A stretch of DNA of 64,000 bases, from contig CAVVGT010000012.1 in NCBI GenBank assembly GCA_963747775.1, forward strand, positions 30,975-94,974. The letters run 5' to 3'. Made by a program: the position numbers and the translations under genes. The number at the start of each line of letters is the position of its first letter. The first letter of the stretch is position 1. The DNA is from an uncultured beta proteobacterium (GTDB lineage: Bacteria > Pseudomonadota > Gammaproteobacteria > Burkholderiales > SG8-39). The notes below the pieces were generated by a model. The model was given only the letters and a program-made list of their open reading frames with translations. It was not told the DNA's origin and did not search any database. This document shows, one piece after another, positions 29,028 through 39,462 of the stretch.

Positions 29028-30977
29028 ATGGCCAGCGAGCTGGACACGTTTCCGCGCCTGCTCTTGCATCACGCGCAGGTCCGTGGGGACCGGCCGGCGA
29101 TCCGCGAGAAAGACCTCGGCATCTGGCAGACCTGGACGTGGAGCGAGGTCGCCAACGAGGTTCGCGCACTCGCCTGCGGGCTCGCCGCACAAGGGTTCAA
29201 GCGCGGGATGTCGCTCGCGATCATCGGCGAGAACCGGCCGCGCCTGTACTGGGCCATTGCCGCCGCGCAGTCCCTCGGCGGCATCCCGGTGCCGATCTAC
29301 GCGGACGCCGTGGCGCAGGAGATGGTCTACGTCTTCCACAATGCCGACATCGAGTTCGCGCTCGTCGAAGATCAGGAGCAGGTCGACAAGCTCCTCGAGA
29401 TCATGCCGCAGTGCCCGAAGCTCGCGCACATCTACTTCGATGATCCGCGCGGGATGCGCCATTATGCGCAGACCGAGCTGATGAGCTTCGACAACCTGCA
29501 GGCGATCGGGCGCGACTTCGACGGCCGCAATCCCGAGTTCTTCGCCGACGAGGTGGCGCAGGGCAAGACCACCGACATCGCTTCGATGTTCCACACCTCG
29601 GGTACCACCGGCCACCCGAAGGGCGTCACGCACACGCATCACGCGCTGATCACCGCCGGTCGCGCCGGAGCGGAGATGGAGGGGCTCGATCCGTCCGACG
29701 AGGTGCTCGCCTACCTGCCCATGGCGTGGATCGGACAGAACATCTTCTCCTACACCCAGTCCTACGTCGTCGGCTTCTGCATGTCCTGCCCCGAGTCGGC
29801 CCAGACGGTGAGCACGGACATGCGCGAGATCGGGCCGACCTACTATTTCGCGCCGCCGCCGGTGCTCGAGGGGCTGCTCACGCAGGTGTCGATCCGCATC
29901 GAGGACCTGTGGTGGGGCGGGCGCAAGGCCTACGCGTTCTTCATGGATCTCGCGCGTCGCGTCGGGGGCAGAATCCTCGATGGCCAGCCGGTGCCGCTCA
30001 AGGACCGGTTGCTGTACAGGCTCGGGAACGTGCTCGTCTACGGGCCGCTGCGCAACGTGCTCGGCATGAGCCGCGTGAGGGTGGCCTATACCGCGGGCGA
30101 GGCGATCGGGCCCGACCTCTTCGTCTTCTATCGGTCGATCGGCGTCAACCTGAAGCAACTGTACGGCTCCACCGAGACCGCGGTCTTCGTCTGCGTGCAG
30201 CCGAACGGGCAGGTGAAGTCCGACACCGTCGGCCCGCCCGTGAAAGGCGTCGAGGTGAAGGTCATCGACAGCGGCGAGATCCTGATCCGCAGCCCGGGCC
30301 TGTTCCGCGAGTACTACAAGAACCCCGAGGCGACCGCCGAGGCGAAGGACCCGGAGGGCTGGTTCCATACCGGCGATGCGGGGTACTTCGACAAGGACCG
30401 CCACCTCAAGATCATCGACCGCGCCAAGGACGTGGGGCGCCTCGCCGACGGCACGCTGTTCGCGCCGAAGTACCTCGAGAACAAGCTCAAGTTCTTCCCG
30501 TACATCAAGGAGGCCGTGTGCTTCGGCCACCAGCGCGACCGGGTGTGCGCGTTCATCAACATCGACTTCGAGGCGGTCGGCAACTGGGCGGAGCGTCGCA
30601 ACCTGCCGTACTCCGGCTACACCGATCTCTCCGCCCAGCAGCCGGTCTACAACCTGATCCGCGAGTGCGTGGAGAAGGCGAACCGGGACCTCGCCGCGGA
30701 CCCGACGCTCGGCGGGTCGCAGATCCACCGGTTCCTCGTCCTGCACAAGGAGCTCGACCCGGACGACGGCGAGATCACGCGCTCGCGCAAGGTCCGCCGG
30801 CGGTTTATCGCCGAGAAGTACGCGCCGCTCGTGGACGCGCTGTACGGCGGCAGGCACGAGTGCTTCATCGAGACCCAGGTGCGCTTCGAGGATGGACGCA
30901 CCGGCTCGATCAGCGCGAATCTCCAGATCGCCGACGCGAAGACCTACCCGGTCGAGGCGGCGAAGAAGGCGGCCTGA
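29028..30977 (+). CDS. Long-chain acyl-CoA synthetase (AMP-binding)
   Basis: TSGTTGHPKG, YGSTE, WFHTGD; GAGGAGG RBS. Confidence 0.92.
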   Translation: MASELDTFPRLLLHHAQVRGDRPAIREKDLGIWQTWTWSEVANEVRALACGLAAQGFKRGMSLAIIGENRPRLYWAIAAAQSLGGIPVPIYADAVAQEMVYVFHNADIEFALVEDQEQVDKLLEIMPQCPKLAHIYFDDPRGMRHYAQTELMSFDNLQAIGRDFDGRNPEFFADEVAQGKTTDIASMFHTSGTTGHPKGVTHTHHALITAGRAGAEMEGLDPSDEVLAYLPMAWIGQNIFSYTQSYVVGFCMSCPESAQTVSTDMREIGPTYYFAPPPVLEGLLTQVSIRIEDLWWGGRKAYAFFMDLARRVGGRILDGQPVPLKDRLLYRLGNVLVYGPLRNVLGMSRVRVAYTAGEAIGPDLFVFYRSIGVNLKQLYGSTETAVFVCVQPNGQVKSDTVGPPVKGVEVKVIDSGEILIRSPGLFREYYKNPEATAEAKDPEGWFHTGDAGYFDKDRHLKIIDRAKDVGRLADGTLFAPKYLENKLKFFPYIKEAVCFGHQRDRVCAFINIDFEAVGNWAERRNLPYSGYTDLSAQQPVYNLIRECVEKANRDLAADPTLGGSQIHRFLVLHKELDPDDGEITRSRKVRRRFIAEKYAPLVDALYGGRHECFIETQVRFEDGRTGSISANLQIADAKTYPVEAAKKAA

Positions 30978-30989
30978 CCGGCCGGTCGG

Positions 30990-31778
30990 ATGCAGCACGC
31001 GCGAAAAATCGGCGAGCCGATCCTGACCGTCGAGGGTGTATCGCTCTCGTTCGGCGGTGTGCGCGCGCTGCAGGACGTGTCGTTCGACGTCCGCGAGCAC
31101 GAGATCCGCGCGATCATCGGCCCGAACGGCGCGGGCAAGAGCTCGATGCTGAACGTGATCAACGGCGTGTACCATCCGCAGGACGGCAAGATCACGTTCG
31201 CCGGGAAAGTGCGCCATCAAGTCGATCCGCACGAGGCCGCGGAGCGGGGCATCGCACGCACCTTCCAGAGCCTCGCGCTCTTCAAGGGTATGAGCGTGCT
31301 CGACAACATCATGACCGGGCGCAACCTGAAGATGCGCGCGAACTTGCTGCTGCAGGCGCTGCGGATCGGGCCGGCGTTGCGCGAGGAGATCGAGCATCGC
31401 GCGGCAGTCGAGCGCATCATCGACTTCCTCGAGATCCAGGCCTATCGCAAGACGCCGGTGGGCCGGCTTCCCTACGGCCTGCAGAAGCGCGTCGACCTCG
31501 CCCGGGCGCTCGCGCTGGAACCGCGGGTGCTGCTGCTCGACGAGCCGATGGCCGGCATGAACGTCGAGGAGAAGCAGGACATGTGTCGCTTCATCCTGGA
31601 CGTGAACGACGAGTTCGGCACCACGATCGTGCTGATCGAGCACGACATGAGCGTCGTCATGGACATTTCCGACCGCGTGGTGGTGCTCGACTACGGGCGC
31701 AAGATCGCGGACGGCACGCCCGACGCGGTGCGGGCCGACCAGGCGGTGATCGACGCCTATCTCGGGGTCGGCCACTAG
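30990..31778 (+). CDS. LivG-like ABC ATPase
   Basis: GPNGAGKS, LLLDEP. Confidence 0.93.
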   Translation: MQHARKIGEPILTVEGVSLSFGGVRALQDVSFDVREHEIRAIIGPNGAGKSSMLNVINGVYHPQDGKITFAGKVRHQVDPHEAAERGIARTFQSLALFKGMSVLDNIMTGRNLKMRANLLLQALRIGPALREEIEHRAAVERIIDFLEIQAYRKTPVGRLPYGLQKRVDLARALALEPRVLLLDEPMAGMNVEEKQDMCRFILDVNDEFGTTIVLIEHDMSVVMDISDRVVVLDYGRKIADGTPDAVRADQAVIDAYLGVGH

Positions 31779-31788
31779 AGAACCCGGC

Positions 31789-32795
31789 ATGCTGAAGAGA
31801 AACTGGCCCGTCGCCGCCCTGATCGCGCTGCTCGCTTGCGGGCCTCGTCGCGCCGCTCGCGACCGGCGCCTCGCCGGTCGGCTTCTACGTGGAGGTGGTG
31901 CTCGGCGGGCTGATGACCGGCGTCCTCTACTCGCTCGTGGCGCTCGGCTTCGTGCTGATCTTCAAGGCCTCGGGCGTGTTCAACTTCGCGCAGGGCGCGA
32001 TGGTGCTCTTCGCCGCGCTGTCGGTCGCGCGCATGGCGGAGGTCATGCCGTGGTGGCTCGCCGCGCTCCTCGCGGTGGTGATCATGGTGGCGCTTGCCTG
32101 GCTGATCGAGCGGCTGGTGCTGCGGCCGCTCGTCAACCAGGAGGCGATCGCGCTGCTGATGGCCACGCTCGGGCGTCACCTACTTCCTCGACGGCTTCGG
32201 GCAGACGGTGTGGGGGAGCGACATCTACGAGATCAATCTCGGCATCGCGAAAGAGCCGGTGATGGTCCTCGACAAGGTCTTCCAGGGCGGGATCCTCGTC
32301 AACAAGGAGGACTTCGTCGCGGCCCTCGCCGCCGCGGCACTGGTGGCGGCGCTTGCGCTGTTCTTCCAGAAGACGCCGACCGGCCGCGCGCTTCGCGCCG
32401 TGGCCGACGACCACCAGGCCGCCCAGTCGATCGGCATCCCGCTCAACCGGATCTGGGTCATCGTCTGGTCGGTGGCGGGCGTCGTCGCGCTGGTCGCCGG
32501 CGTGATCTGGGGCGCCAAGCTGGGCGTGCAGTTCTCGATCTCCCAGGTCGCGCTGAAGGCGCTCCCGGTCGTCATCCTCGGCGGATTCACGTCGGTGCCC
32601 GGCGCGATCGTCGGCGGCCTGATCATCGGCGTCGGCGAGAAGCTCGCCGAGGTGTTCCTCGGTCCGGTGCTCGTCAAGGCGTTCGACCTCGCCGGCGGCG
32701 GCATCGAGAACTGGTTCGCCTACATGCTCGCACTGCTGTTCCTGCTCGTCCGCCCGGAAGGGCTGTTCGGCGAGAAACACATCGACCGGGTATGA
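31789..32795 (+). CDS. LivH-like ABC permease (frameshifted)
   Basis: YSLVALGFVLIFKASGVFNFAQG and GRALRAVADD lie in different frames. Confidence 0.88.
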
Positions 32796-32821
32796 GACAG
32801 ACGACTCCCCTCCCGCCCCGA

Positions 32822-32853
32822 CCCTCACCTCCCCGCGAATGGGGAGGGAGGGC
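32822..32853. repeat. Intergenic C-rich/G-rich REP-like hairpin
   Basis: CCCTCACCTCCCC-GCGAAT-GGGGAGGGAGGG. Confidence 0.45.
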
Positions 32854-32891
32854 GTAACCGACTGCTCCGGCCAAAGGCGTCCCACGCACCC

Positions 32892-33956
32892 ATGCTCTAC
32901 CGCGAGAACGGCCAGTTCAAGACGACCTACGCCGCCGACCAGCAGATGCTGCCGATCCGGCAGGATCAGCTGTTCATGGTCGCGCTCGTAGTGTTCGCCT
33001 TCGCGGTCGTGCCGTTCATTGCGAACGACTACCTCATCCGTGCGATCCTGATCCCGTTCCTCATCCTCGCGCTCGCGGCGCTGGGCCTGAACCTCCTTAC
33101 CGGCTACTGCGGTCAGGTCTCCATCGGCCACGGGGCGTTCATGGCGGTGGGCGCCTACGCCGCCTACAACATCGCGATCCGGGTGCCGGGGCTGAGCTTC
33201 CTCGTCGTGCTCGTGCTCGCGGGCCTCGCGGCGGCGCTGGTCGGGATGATCTTCGGGATCCCGAGCTTGCGGATCAAGGGGCTGTATCTCGCCGTGGCCA
33301 CGCTCGCCGCCCAGTTCTTCTTCGACTGGGTGTTCGCTCGGGTGAAATGGTTCACCAACTACGCCCCGTCGGGCTCGGTGTCCGTTCCCAACATCGACCT
33401 GTTCGGCTTCGTGCTGGACACGCCGCAGCGGAAGTATCTCTTCGTCCTGGCGATCGTCGCGCTGTTTGCCCTGCTCGCGAAGAACCTCGTGCGCGCCCGC
33501 GTCGGCCGCTCGTGGATGGCCATCCGCGACATGGATGTGGCGGCGGAGGTCATCGGCATCCGGCCGATGGCGGCCAAGCTCTCCGCGTTTGCCGTCAGCT
33601 CGTTCTACGTCGGCGTCGCGGGTGCGCTGTGGGGGTTCATCCACCTCGGCTCGTGGGAGCCGCTCGCGTTCAGCATCACGCTGTCGCTGAACCTGCTCTT
33701 CATGATCATCATCGGCGGGCTCGGTTCGATTCTCGGCAGCTTCTTCGGCGCGGCGTTCATCGTCGTGCTGCCGATCCTGTTGAATCAGGCCCCGACCTGG
33801 CTCGGCATCCCGATTTCCACGAGCATGATCTCGCACCTCGAGTTCATGATCTTCGGGGCGCTGATCGTCTTCTTCCTGATCGTCGAGCCGCACGGGCTGG
33901 CCCGACTGTGGGCGATCGGCAAGGAGAAGCTCCGTCTGTGGCCCTTCCCCCATTGA
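32892..33956 (+). CDS. LivM-like ABC permease
   Basis: GLNLLTGYCGQVSIGH, GRSWMAIRD. Confidence 0.93.
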   Translation: MLYRENGQFKTTYAADQQMLPIRQDQLFMVALVVFAFAVVPFIANDYLIRAILIPFLILALAALGLNLLTGYCGQVSIGHGAFMAVGAYAAYNIAIRVPGLSFLVVLVLAGLAAALVGMIFGIPSLRIKGLYLAVATLAAQFFFDWVFARVKWFTNYAPSGSVSVPNIDLFGFVLDTPQRKYLFVLAIVALFALLAKNLVRARVGRSWMAIRDMDVAAEVIGIRPMAAKLSAFAVSSFYVGVAGALWGFIHLGSWEPLAFSITLSLNLLFMIIIGGLGSILGSFFGAAFIVVLPILLNQAPTWLGIPISTSMISHLEFMIFGALIVFFLIVEPHGLARLWAIGKEKLRLWPFPH

Positions 33957-34102
33957 TTCGGCCCCCCCTCGGGGGAGGTGCGTCCGGAGGGGGCATATGG
34001 CGTATATTGGGAACTTCCGCAGCCGGCAGTTTCCAAAGACAGGCGAGGCAGATTTCGACCCGCCGCGGACCGGGGCGGGCGATCCAACCTGAGGAGGCAA
34101 AA

Positions 34103-35413
34103 ATGTTTCTGAAAGCGATGACCGCGGCCGCGGTTGCCCTGAGCGTCAGCTCGGCGGCCTACGCGCAGGCCAAGGAGCAGTTCTTCCCCTTGCTCGTGTA
34201 CCGGACCGGCGCGTACGCGCCGAACGGCGTCCCGTTCGCGAACGGATTCCAGGACTACCTGAAGCTCGTCAACGCGCAGGGCGGCGTCAACGGGATCACG
34301 CTGACCTGGGAGGAGTGCGAGACCGGGTACGCGACCGACCGCGGCGTGGAATGCTACGAGCGCCTGAAAGGCAAGGGCCCGACCGGCGCGACCCTGGTGC
34401 ACCCGCTCTCGACCGGGATCACCTTCGCGCTGACCGACAAGGTGCCGGCCGACAAGATTCCGCTCGTCACCGCGGGCTACGGGCGCGCCGATTCGGCGGA
34501 CGGCACCGTGTTCAAGTGGAACTTCCCGCTCATGGGCACGTACTGGTCGGCGGCCGACATCCTGGTCCAGCACATCGGCAAGAAGGAAGGCGGGCTCGAC
34601 AAGCTCAAGGGCAAGAAGATCGCGCTCGTCTACCACGACTCGCCCTACGGCAAGGAGCCGATCCCGCTGCTGACCGAGCGCTCCAAGCTGCACGGCTTCG
34701 AGCTGCTCCTGCTGCCGGTGACCCACCCCGGGGTGGAGCAGAAGGCAACCTGGCTGCAGGTCCGCCAGCAGCGCCCGGATTACGTGTTTCTCTGGGGCTG
34801 GGGCGTCATGAACTCGACGGCGATCAAGGAAGCCGTTGCGACCGGGTACCCGCGCGAGAAGATGTACGGCGTGTGGTGGTCGGGCGCCGAGCCCGACGTG
34901 CGGCCCGCGGGCGAGGGCGCGAAGGGCTACAACGCCCTCGCATTGCAGCATTCGTCCGGCCGCACGCAGGTGCACGAGCAGATCCTGAAGCTGGTGCACG
35001 ACAAGGGCCAGGGCACCGGTCCGAAGGACGAGGTCGGCGAGGTGCTCTACAACCGCGGCCTGATGTCGGCGATGCTCAGCGTCGAAGCGGTGCGCAAGGC
35101 GCAGGACCGCTACGGCAAGAAGTCGCTCACCGGCGAGCAGGTGCGCTGGGGCCTCGAGAACCTCTACATCGACGACGCGGCCATCAAGCGCCTCGGGTTC
35201 GTGGGCATCCTCCAGCCGATGCAGACGACCTGCAAGGACCACGAGGGCGTGCGCCGCGCGCGCATCCAGACTTGGGACGGCACGAAGTGGATCGTCGGGA
35301 ACGAGTGGTACGAAGCCGACGAGACGATCATCAAGCCGCTGGTCAACAGCACCGCCAAGCGCTACGCGGCCGACAAGAAGATCGAGATCCGCGACTGCGC
35401 GAAGGACGCGTGA
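34103..35413 (+). CDS. Liv-type ABC substrate-binding protein
   Basis: GAGGAGG RBS; signal MFLKAMTAAAVALSVSSAAYA; YRTGAYAP, ECYERLK. Confidence 0.92.
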   Translation: MFLKAMTAAAVALSVSSAAYAQAKEQFFPLLVYRTGAYAPNGVPFANGFQDYLKLVNAQGGVNGITLTWEECETGYATDRGVECYERLKGKGPTGATLVHPLSTGITFALTDKVPADKIPLVTAGYGRADSADGTVFKWNFPLMGTYWSAADILVQHIGKKEGGLDKLKGKKIALVYHDSPYGKEPIPLLTERSKLHGFELLLLPVTHPGVEQKATWLQVRQQRPDYVFLWGWGVMNSTAIKEAVATGYPREKMYGVWWSGAEPDVRPAGEGAKGYNALALQHSSGRTQVHEQILKLVHDKGQGTGPKDEVGEVLYNRGLMSAMLSVEAVRKAQDRYGKKSLTGEQVRWGLENLYIDDAAIKRLGFVGILQPMQTTCKDHEGVRRARIQTWDGTKWIVGNEWYEADETIIKPLVNSTAKRYAADKKIEIRDCAKDA

Positions 35414-35509
35414 CCTGACGGGAACGCGCGGGCGCGAGCCGGCGCGCGCTTACCGACTGTTCCTGCGGGCGCTCCGGCGCCCGCAACCATTTTGCAGGAT
35501 TGCCAGGCG

Positions 35510-36343
35510 ATGTCCGCAGTGCCGAAGCCAGCCGCCGCCGAGCAGGCCTACCTCGCGGTGAACAACATCGAGGTCATCTACAACCACGTCATCCTCGTGC
35601 TCAAGGGCGTGTCCCTGAAGGTCGAGAAGGGCCGCATCGTCGCCCTCCTCGGCGCCAACGGCGCGGGCAAGACCACCACCCTGAAGGCGATCTCGAACCT
35701 GCTGCGCGCCGAGCGCGGCGAAGTCACCAAGGGCTCGATCGAGTTCGACGGCGAGCGCATCGACGCGCGCACCCCGGCCGAGCTGGTGCGGCGGGGCGTG
35801 TGCCAGGTGATGGAGGGCCGGCACTGTTTCCAGCACCTGTCCGTGGAGGAGAACCTCCTCACCGGGGCCTATACGCGCGGCGTCAACCGGGCCGACCTCA
35901 AGCGCGACCTCGACCTCGTCTACAGCTACTTCCCGCGCCTGCGTGAGCGGCGCGGCTCGCAGTCCGGCTACACCTCGGGCGGCGAGCAGCAGATGACCGC
36001 CATCGGCCGCGCGCTGATGGCGCATCCGAAGATGATCCTGCTCGACGAGCCGTCGATGGGGCTCGCGCCGCAGCTCGTCGAGGAGATCTTCGAAATCGTG
36101 AAGAGCCTCAACCAGAAGGAGGGCGTGTCGTTCCTCCTCGCCGAGCAGAACACCAACATCGCGCTCAAGTACGCCGACTACGGCTACATCCTGGAGAACG
36201 GCCGGGTCGTGATGGACGGCGAGGCGCAGCGGCTGCGCGAGAACGACGACGTGAAGGAGTTCTACCTCGGGGTGTCGACCGGCGGCCGCAAGAACTTCCG
36301 CGACACCAAGTTCTACCGACGGCGCAAGCGCTGGCTCTCCTGA
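35510..36343 (+). CDS. LivF-like ABC ATPase
   Basis: GANGAGKT, SGGEQQM, LDEPSMGLAP. Confidence 0.93.
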   Translation: MSAVPKPAAAEQAYLAVNNIEVIYNHVILVLKGVSLKVEKGRIVALLGANGAGKTTTLKAISNLLRAERGEVTKGSIEFDGERIDARTPAELVRRGVCQVMEGRHCFQHLSVEENLLTGAYTRGVNRADLKRDLDLVYSYFPRLRERRGSQSGYTSGGEQQMTAIGRALMAHPKMILLDEPSMGLAPQLVEEIFEIVKSLNQKEGVSFLLAEQNTNIALKYADYGYILENGRVVMDGEAQRLRENDDVKEFYLGVSTGGRKNFRDTKFYRRRKRWLS

Positions 36344-37593
36344 TGTCGGAACATTACGACGCCCTCGAGACCCGCGACATCGCGGCGCGCGAGCGCGATC
36401 TGCTCGCGCGGCTGCCGCGGCAGGTCGCGCACGCACGGACGAACGCACCGGGCTTCGCGCGGATGCTCGAGCACGTCGACCCGCGCGAGATCGTCTCGCG
36501 GACCGCGCTCGCCGGGCTCCCGGTCACGCGCAAGTCCGACCTGAAGGCGCTGCAGGCCCGAATCCGTCCGCTCGGCGGCCTCAATGCGACGCCGGTGGCG
36601 AAGCTCGCGAAGATCTTCGTCTCGCCCGGCCCGATCTGCGAGCCCGAGGGGTACGGAAAGGACTGGTGGCGCACCGGCCGCGCGCTGTTCGCCGCCGGGT
36701 TCCGGCCGGGCGACCTCGTCGCCAACACCTTCGCCTATCACTTCACGCCGGCCGGCTCGATGCTCGAGACCGGCGCGCTCGCCTGCGGGTGCGCCGTCGT
36801 GCCCACCGGCGTCGGGCAGACCGAGATGCAGGTCGCCGCGATCGCCGATTTGCGGATCAGCGCCTACATCGGGACGCCGTCGTTTCTGAAGCTGATCGTC
36901 GAGAAGGCCGACGAGTTGAAGGCCGACGTCGCATGCTTGAACAAGGCCATGGTGGGAGGCGAGTACGTCCCGCCGGCACTGCGCGCGGCGATGGCCGATC
37001 GCGGCTTGAGCGTCATGCAGTGCTACGCCACCGCCGATCTCGGGCTCATCGCCTACGAGTCGCGCGGGCCGGACGGCAAAGTGTGCGACGGCATGACGGT
37101 CGACGAGAACATTCTCCTCGAGATCGTCCGGCCGGGAACGGGCGATCCGGTCGCCGACGGCGAGGTCGGGGAGGTGGTCGTCACGACCTTCAACCCCGAC
37201 TACCCGCTCATCCGGTTCGCCACCGGCGATCTGTCCGCAGTGCTCCCGGGCCCCAGCCCTTGCGGCCGCACGAACGTGCGCATCAAGGGCTGGATGGGGC
37301 GCGCCGACCAGACGACCAAGGTGAAAGGCATGTTCGTGCACCCCTCCCAGATCGCGGAGGTGGTGAAGCGCCACCCGGAAGTGAGGCGCGCGCGCCTGAT
37401 CGTGGACACCGCGGATGGTCAGGACCGCATGACGCTCCACTGCGAGGTCGAGAGCGCGCCCGCCGGCCTCGCCGAGCGGATCGTCGCGACGCTCCGCGAC
37501 GTGACCAAGCTGCGCGGCGAGGCGGCCGTGCGCTCACCCGGCGAGCTGCCGAATGACGGCAAGGTGATCGAGGACACCCGCAAGTACGAGTAG
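36343..37593 (+). CDS. Phenylacetate-CoA ligase family protein
   Basis: GTPSFL, YPLIRFATGD, GRADQTTKVKGMFV. Confidence 0.88.
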   Translation: MSEHYDALETRDIAARERDLLARLPRQVAHARTNAPGFARMLEHVDPREIVSRTALAGLPVTRKSDLKALQARIRPLGGLNATPVAKLAKIFVSPGPICEPEGYGKDWWRTGRALFAAGFRPGDLVANTFAYHFTPAGSMLETGALACGCAVVPTGVGQTEMQVAAIADLRISAYIGTPSFLKLIVEKADELKADVACLNKAMVGGEYVPPALRAAMADRGLSVMQCYATADLGLIAYESRGPDGKVCDGMTVDENILLEIVRPGTGDPVADGEVGEVVVTTFNPDYPLIRFATGDLSAVLPGPSPCGRTNVRIKGWMGRADQTTKVKGMFVHPSQIAEVVKRHPEVRRARLIVDTADGQDRMTLHCEVESAPAGLAERIVATLRDVTKLRGEAAVRSPGELPNDGKVIEDTRKYE

Positions 37594-37661
37594 CGCGGCG
37601 CCGACGACGCGCGGCCGGCGACGCCGGTATGCTTCGGGCCGTGGCCCAGGGGAGCCATTCG

Positions 37662-37829
37662 ATGATCTCGTTGCCGGTCGCGCTGCCGTTTGTCGTGCTC
37701 GTCCTCGCGGCCCTCGCCGTCGCGCTCGGCCTGCGCAGGACCTCCGTCCTCGTGTGGGTCGTCGCCGCGGCCCTCCTGCTCTACTCGTTCGCGGGGCACG
37801 TGACCGTCCCGCTCAAGATCGCGCTGTAG
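37662..37829 (+). CDS. Small membrane protein (DUF5993-like)
   Basis: 55 aa, hydrophobic, ends HVTVPLKIAL; immediately upstream of the DsbB-family gene. Confidence 0.7.
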   Translation: MISLPVALPFVVLVLAALAVALGLRRTSVLVWVVAAALLLYSFAGHVTVPLKIAL

Positions 37830-37831
37830 CC

Positions 37832-38374
37832 GTGACTGCGCTCGCCCGCACCCTGAACGCGCTCGCGCTCGCCGGCGTCTGCGGCGTGATGCTCTTCGCC
37901 TTCTATTGGCAGATCGCGCGCGGGGAGCTGCCGTGCCCGCTCTGCCTGCTCCAGCGCGCGGCGCTCCTCGCGGCGGGCCTCGGCCTCATGCTGAACGTCC
38001 GGTTCGGCGCCTCGGAGTCGCACTACGGCATCGTGATCGTCAGTGCGCTCGCGGGCGCCGCCTTCGCGGTCCGCCAGATCTTGTTCTACATCGTGCCGGG
38101 CACCGGCGCGTACGGATCCGCGGTGCTCGGCTATCACTTCTACACCTGGGCGCTCGTCGGCTTCGTGGTGCTGATCGCCTTCTCCGGCGTGATGCTCTTC
38201 ATCGAGGCGCAGTTCGTCGAGGGCGTGCATGCGCTCCGGCCGTCGGCCGGCGCGCAGGCGCTCGGCTGGCTGTTCGTCCTCGTCGTCCTTGCCAACGCGG
38301 TGTCGACGCTGCTTGAGTGCGGTTTCGGCCCGTGCCCGGACAACCCGAGCGGCTACGAGCTGCTCGCGAAGTAG
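37832..38374 (+). CDS. Disulfide bond formation protein B family
   Basis: ELPCPLCLLQR and C-terminal ECGFGPCPDNP; several TMs. Confidence 0.88.
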   Translation: MTALARTLNALALAGVCGVMLFAFYWQIARGELPCPLCLLQRAALLAAGLGLMLNVRFGASESHYGIVIVSALAGAAFAVRQILFYIVPGTGAYGSAVLGYHFYTWALVGFVVLIAFSGVMLFIEAQFVEGVHALRPSAGAQALGWLFVLVVLANAVSTLLECGFGPCPDNPSGYELLAK

Positions 38375-38391
38375 GCGGCGGGACGACGCAC

Positions 38392-39450
38392 ATGGCCTTT
38401 CACGCATTTCTGCGCGCCGGCGAGAAGCGCTACCAGGAGCGCTTCGGCCTCGACTTCGAGGAGTTCGCCGCCGGCCAGCGCTTCCGGCACCGCCCCGGCG
38501 TGACCGTGTCGCAGCAGGACAACGCGGACGAGGCGCTCGACACGCTCAACTCGGCGATGCTGCATTACGACGCGCACTACGCGGAGCAGACCGCGTGGCG
38601 GCGCCCGCTGATGGTGTCGACGCTCACGATCCAGCGCGTCATCGGCATGGCGTCGAAGACCTTCGGCCGGAAGAAGGCGATCCTCGGGTTCGCCGAGATC
38701 GCGCTGACCGGGCCGGTGTTCGGCGGCGACACGCTGTACGCCGAGTCGGAGGTGACCGGCGTCCGGCCGGGCGATGCGCCGGACCACGGCGTGGTCACCG
38801 TCGCCACCCGCGGCGTCAACGGCGCGGGCACCGAGATCGGGAAGCTCGTCTACGACGTCGCGATCTATCGCCGCGGCGCGCACCCCGACGAGGCCGGCCG
38901 CCCGGCGCTGCCGATCGCCGACGAGGAGCGGTTCGGCATGTACGTCGCGCAAGGCGACGGCGCGCTCGTCGAGCGTTACGGCCTCTTCTTCGAGGACGCA
39001 CAGCCCGGGGAAACGTTCGTCCATTTCCCGCGGCGCGCGTTCTATCGGGACGAGGCGGTCGAGCATGCGTTCCGCGCGCTCGAGGTCAACCCGCAGTTCC
39101 ACGACTCGACCTGGGTCGATGCCCACGCGGGCGGCCGCTACCGGGTGATGGAGACCTTTGTGGTGGGGGCCGCGACCGCGCTCACGACCCGCACGTTCGG
39201 CCGCGTCGTCGCGAACCTCGGCTGGTATGACGTGAAGCTCCCCGTCCCGGTGTTCGCGGGCGACGCGATCGAGGCCGAGTCGACGATCGTCGACAAACGG
39301 GAGTCCAAGTCGCGCCCGAACGAGGGCATTCTCACCGTCGACACGCGCGCCTACAACCAGCGGCGCGAGCTGGTGCTCTCGTACCGGCGCAACCTGCTCG
39401 TGTACCGCCGCGGCGCCGCGACGCCCTACGGCGCCGCGGGCTACGCCTAG
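38392..39450 (+). CDS. Tandem MaoC (RipB/Mch-like) acyl-CoA hydratase
   Basis: Two hotdog repeats: GLDFEEF..PVFGGDTLYAES and GLFFED..PVFAGDAIEAES..KRESKSRP. Confidence 0.85.
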   Translation: MAFHAFLRAGEKRYQERFGLDFEEFAAGQRFRHRPGVTVSQQDNADEALDTLNSAMLHYDAHYAEQTAWRRPLMVSTLTIQRVIGMASKTFGRKKAILGFAEIALTGPVFGGDTLYAESEVTGVRPGDAPDHGVVTVATRGVNGAGTEIGKLVYDVAIYRRGAHPDEAGRPALPIADEERFGMYVAQGDGALVERYGLFFEDAQPGETFVHFPRRAFYRDEAVEHAFRALEVNPQFHDSTWVDAHAGGRYRVMETFVVGAATALTTRTFGRVVANLGWYDVKLPVPVFAGDAIEAESTIVDKRESKSRPNEGILTVDTRAYNQRRELVLSYRRNLLVYRRGAATPYGAAGYA

Positions 39451-39462
39451 ATCACCGTCCCC

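Noticed and set aside
28761-31790. 1009-aa minus-strand ORF and similar long Arg/Ala-rich ORFs (38353-41316, 57569-59950, 60265-62571)
   Set aside because: Shadow or off-frame ORFs of real genes in very GC-rich DNA. Only the DUF1289 tail of 57569-59950 is real.
29028-37593. Ligase-Liv ABC-ligase cluster as a novel system
   Set aside because: This arrangement is widely conserved in proteobacteria; nothing is unusual apart from probable sequencing frameshifts in the permease.
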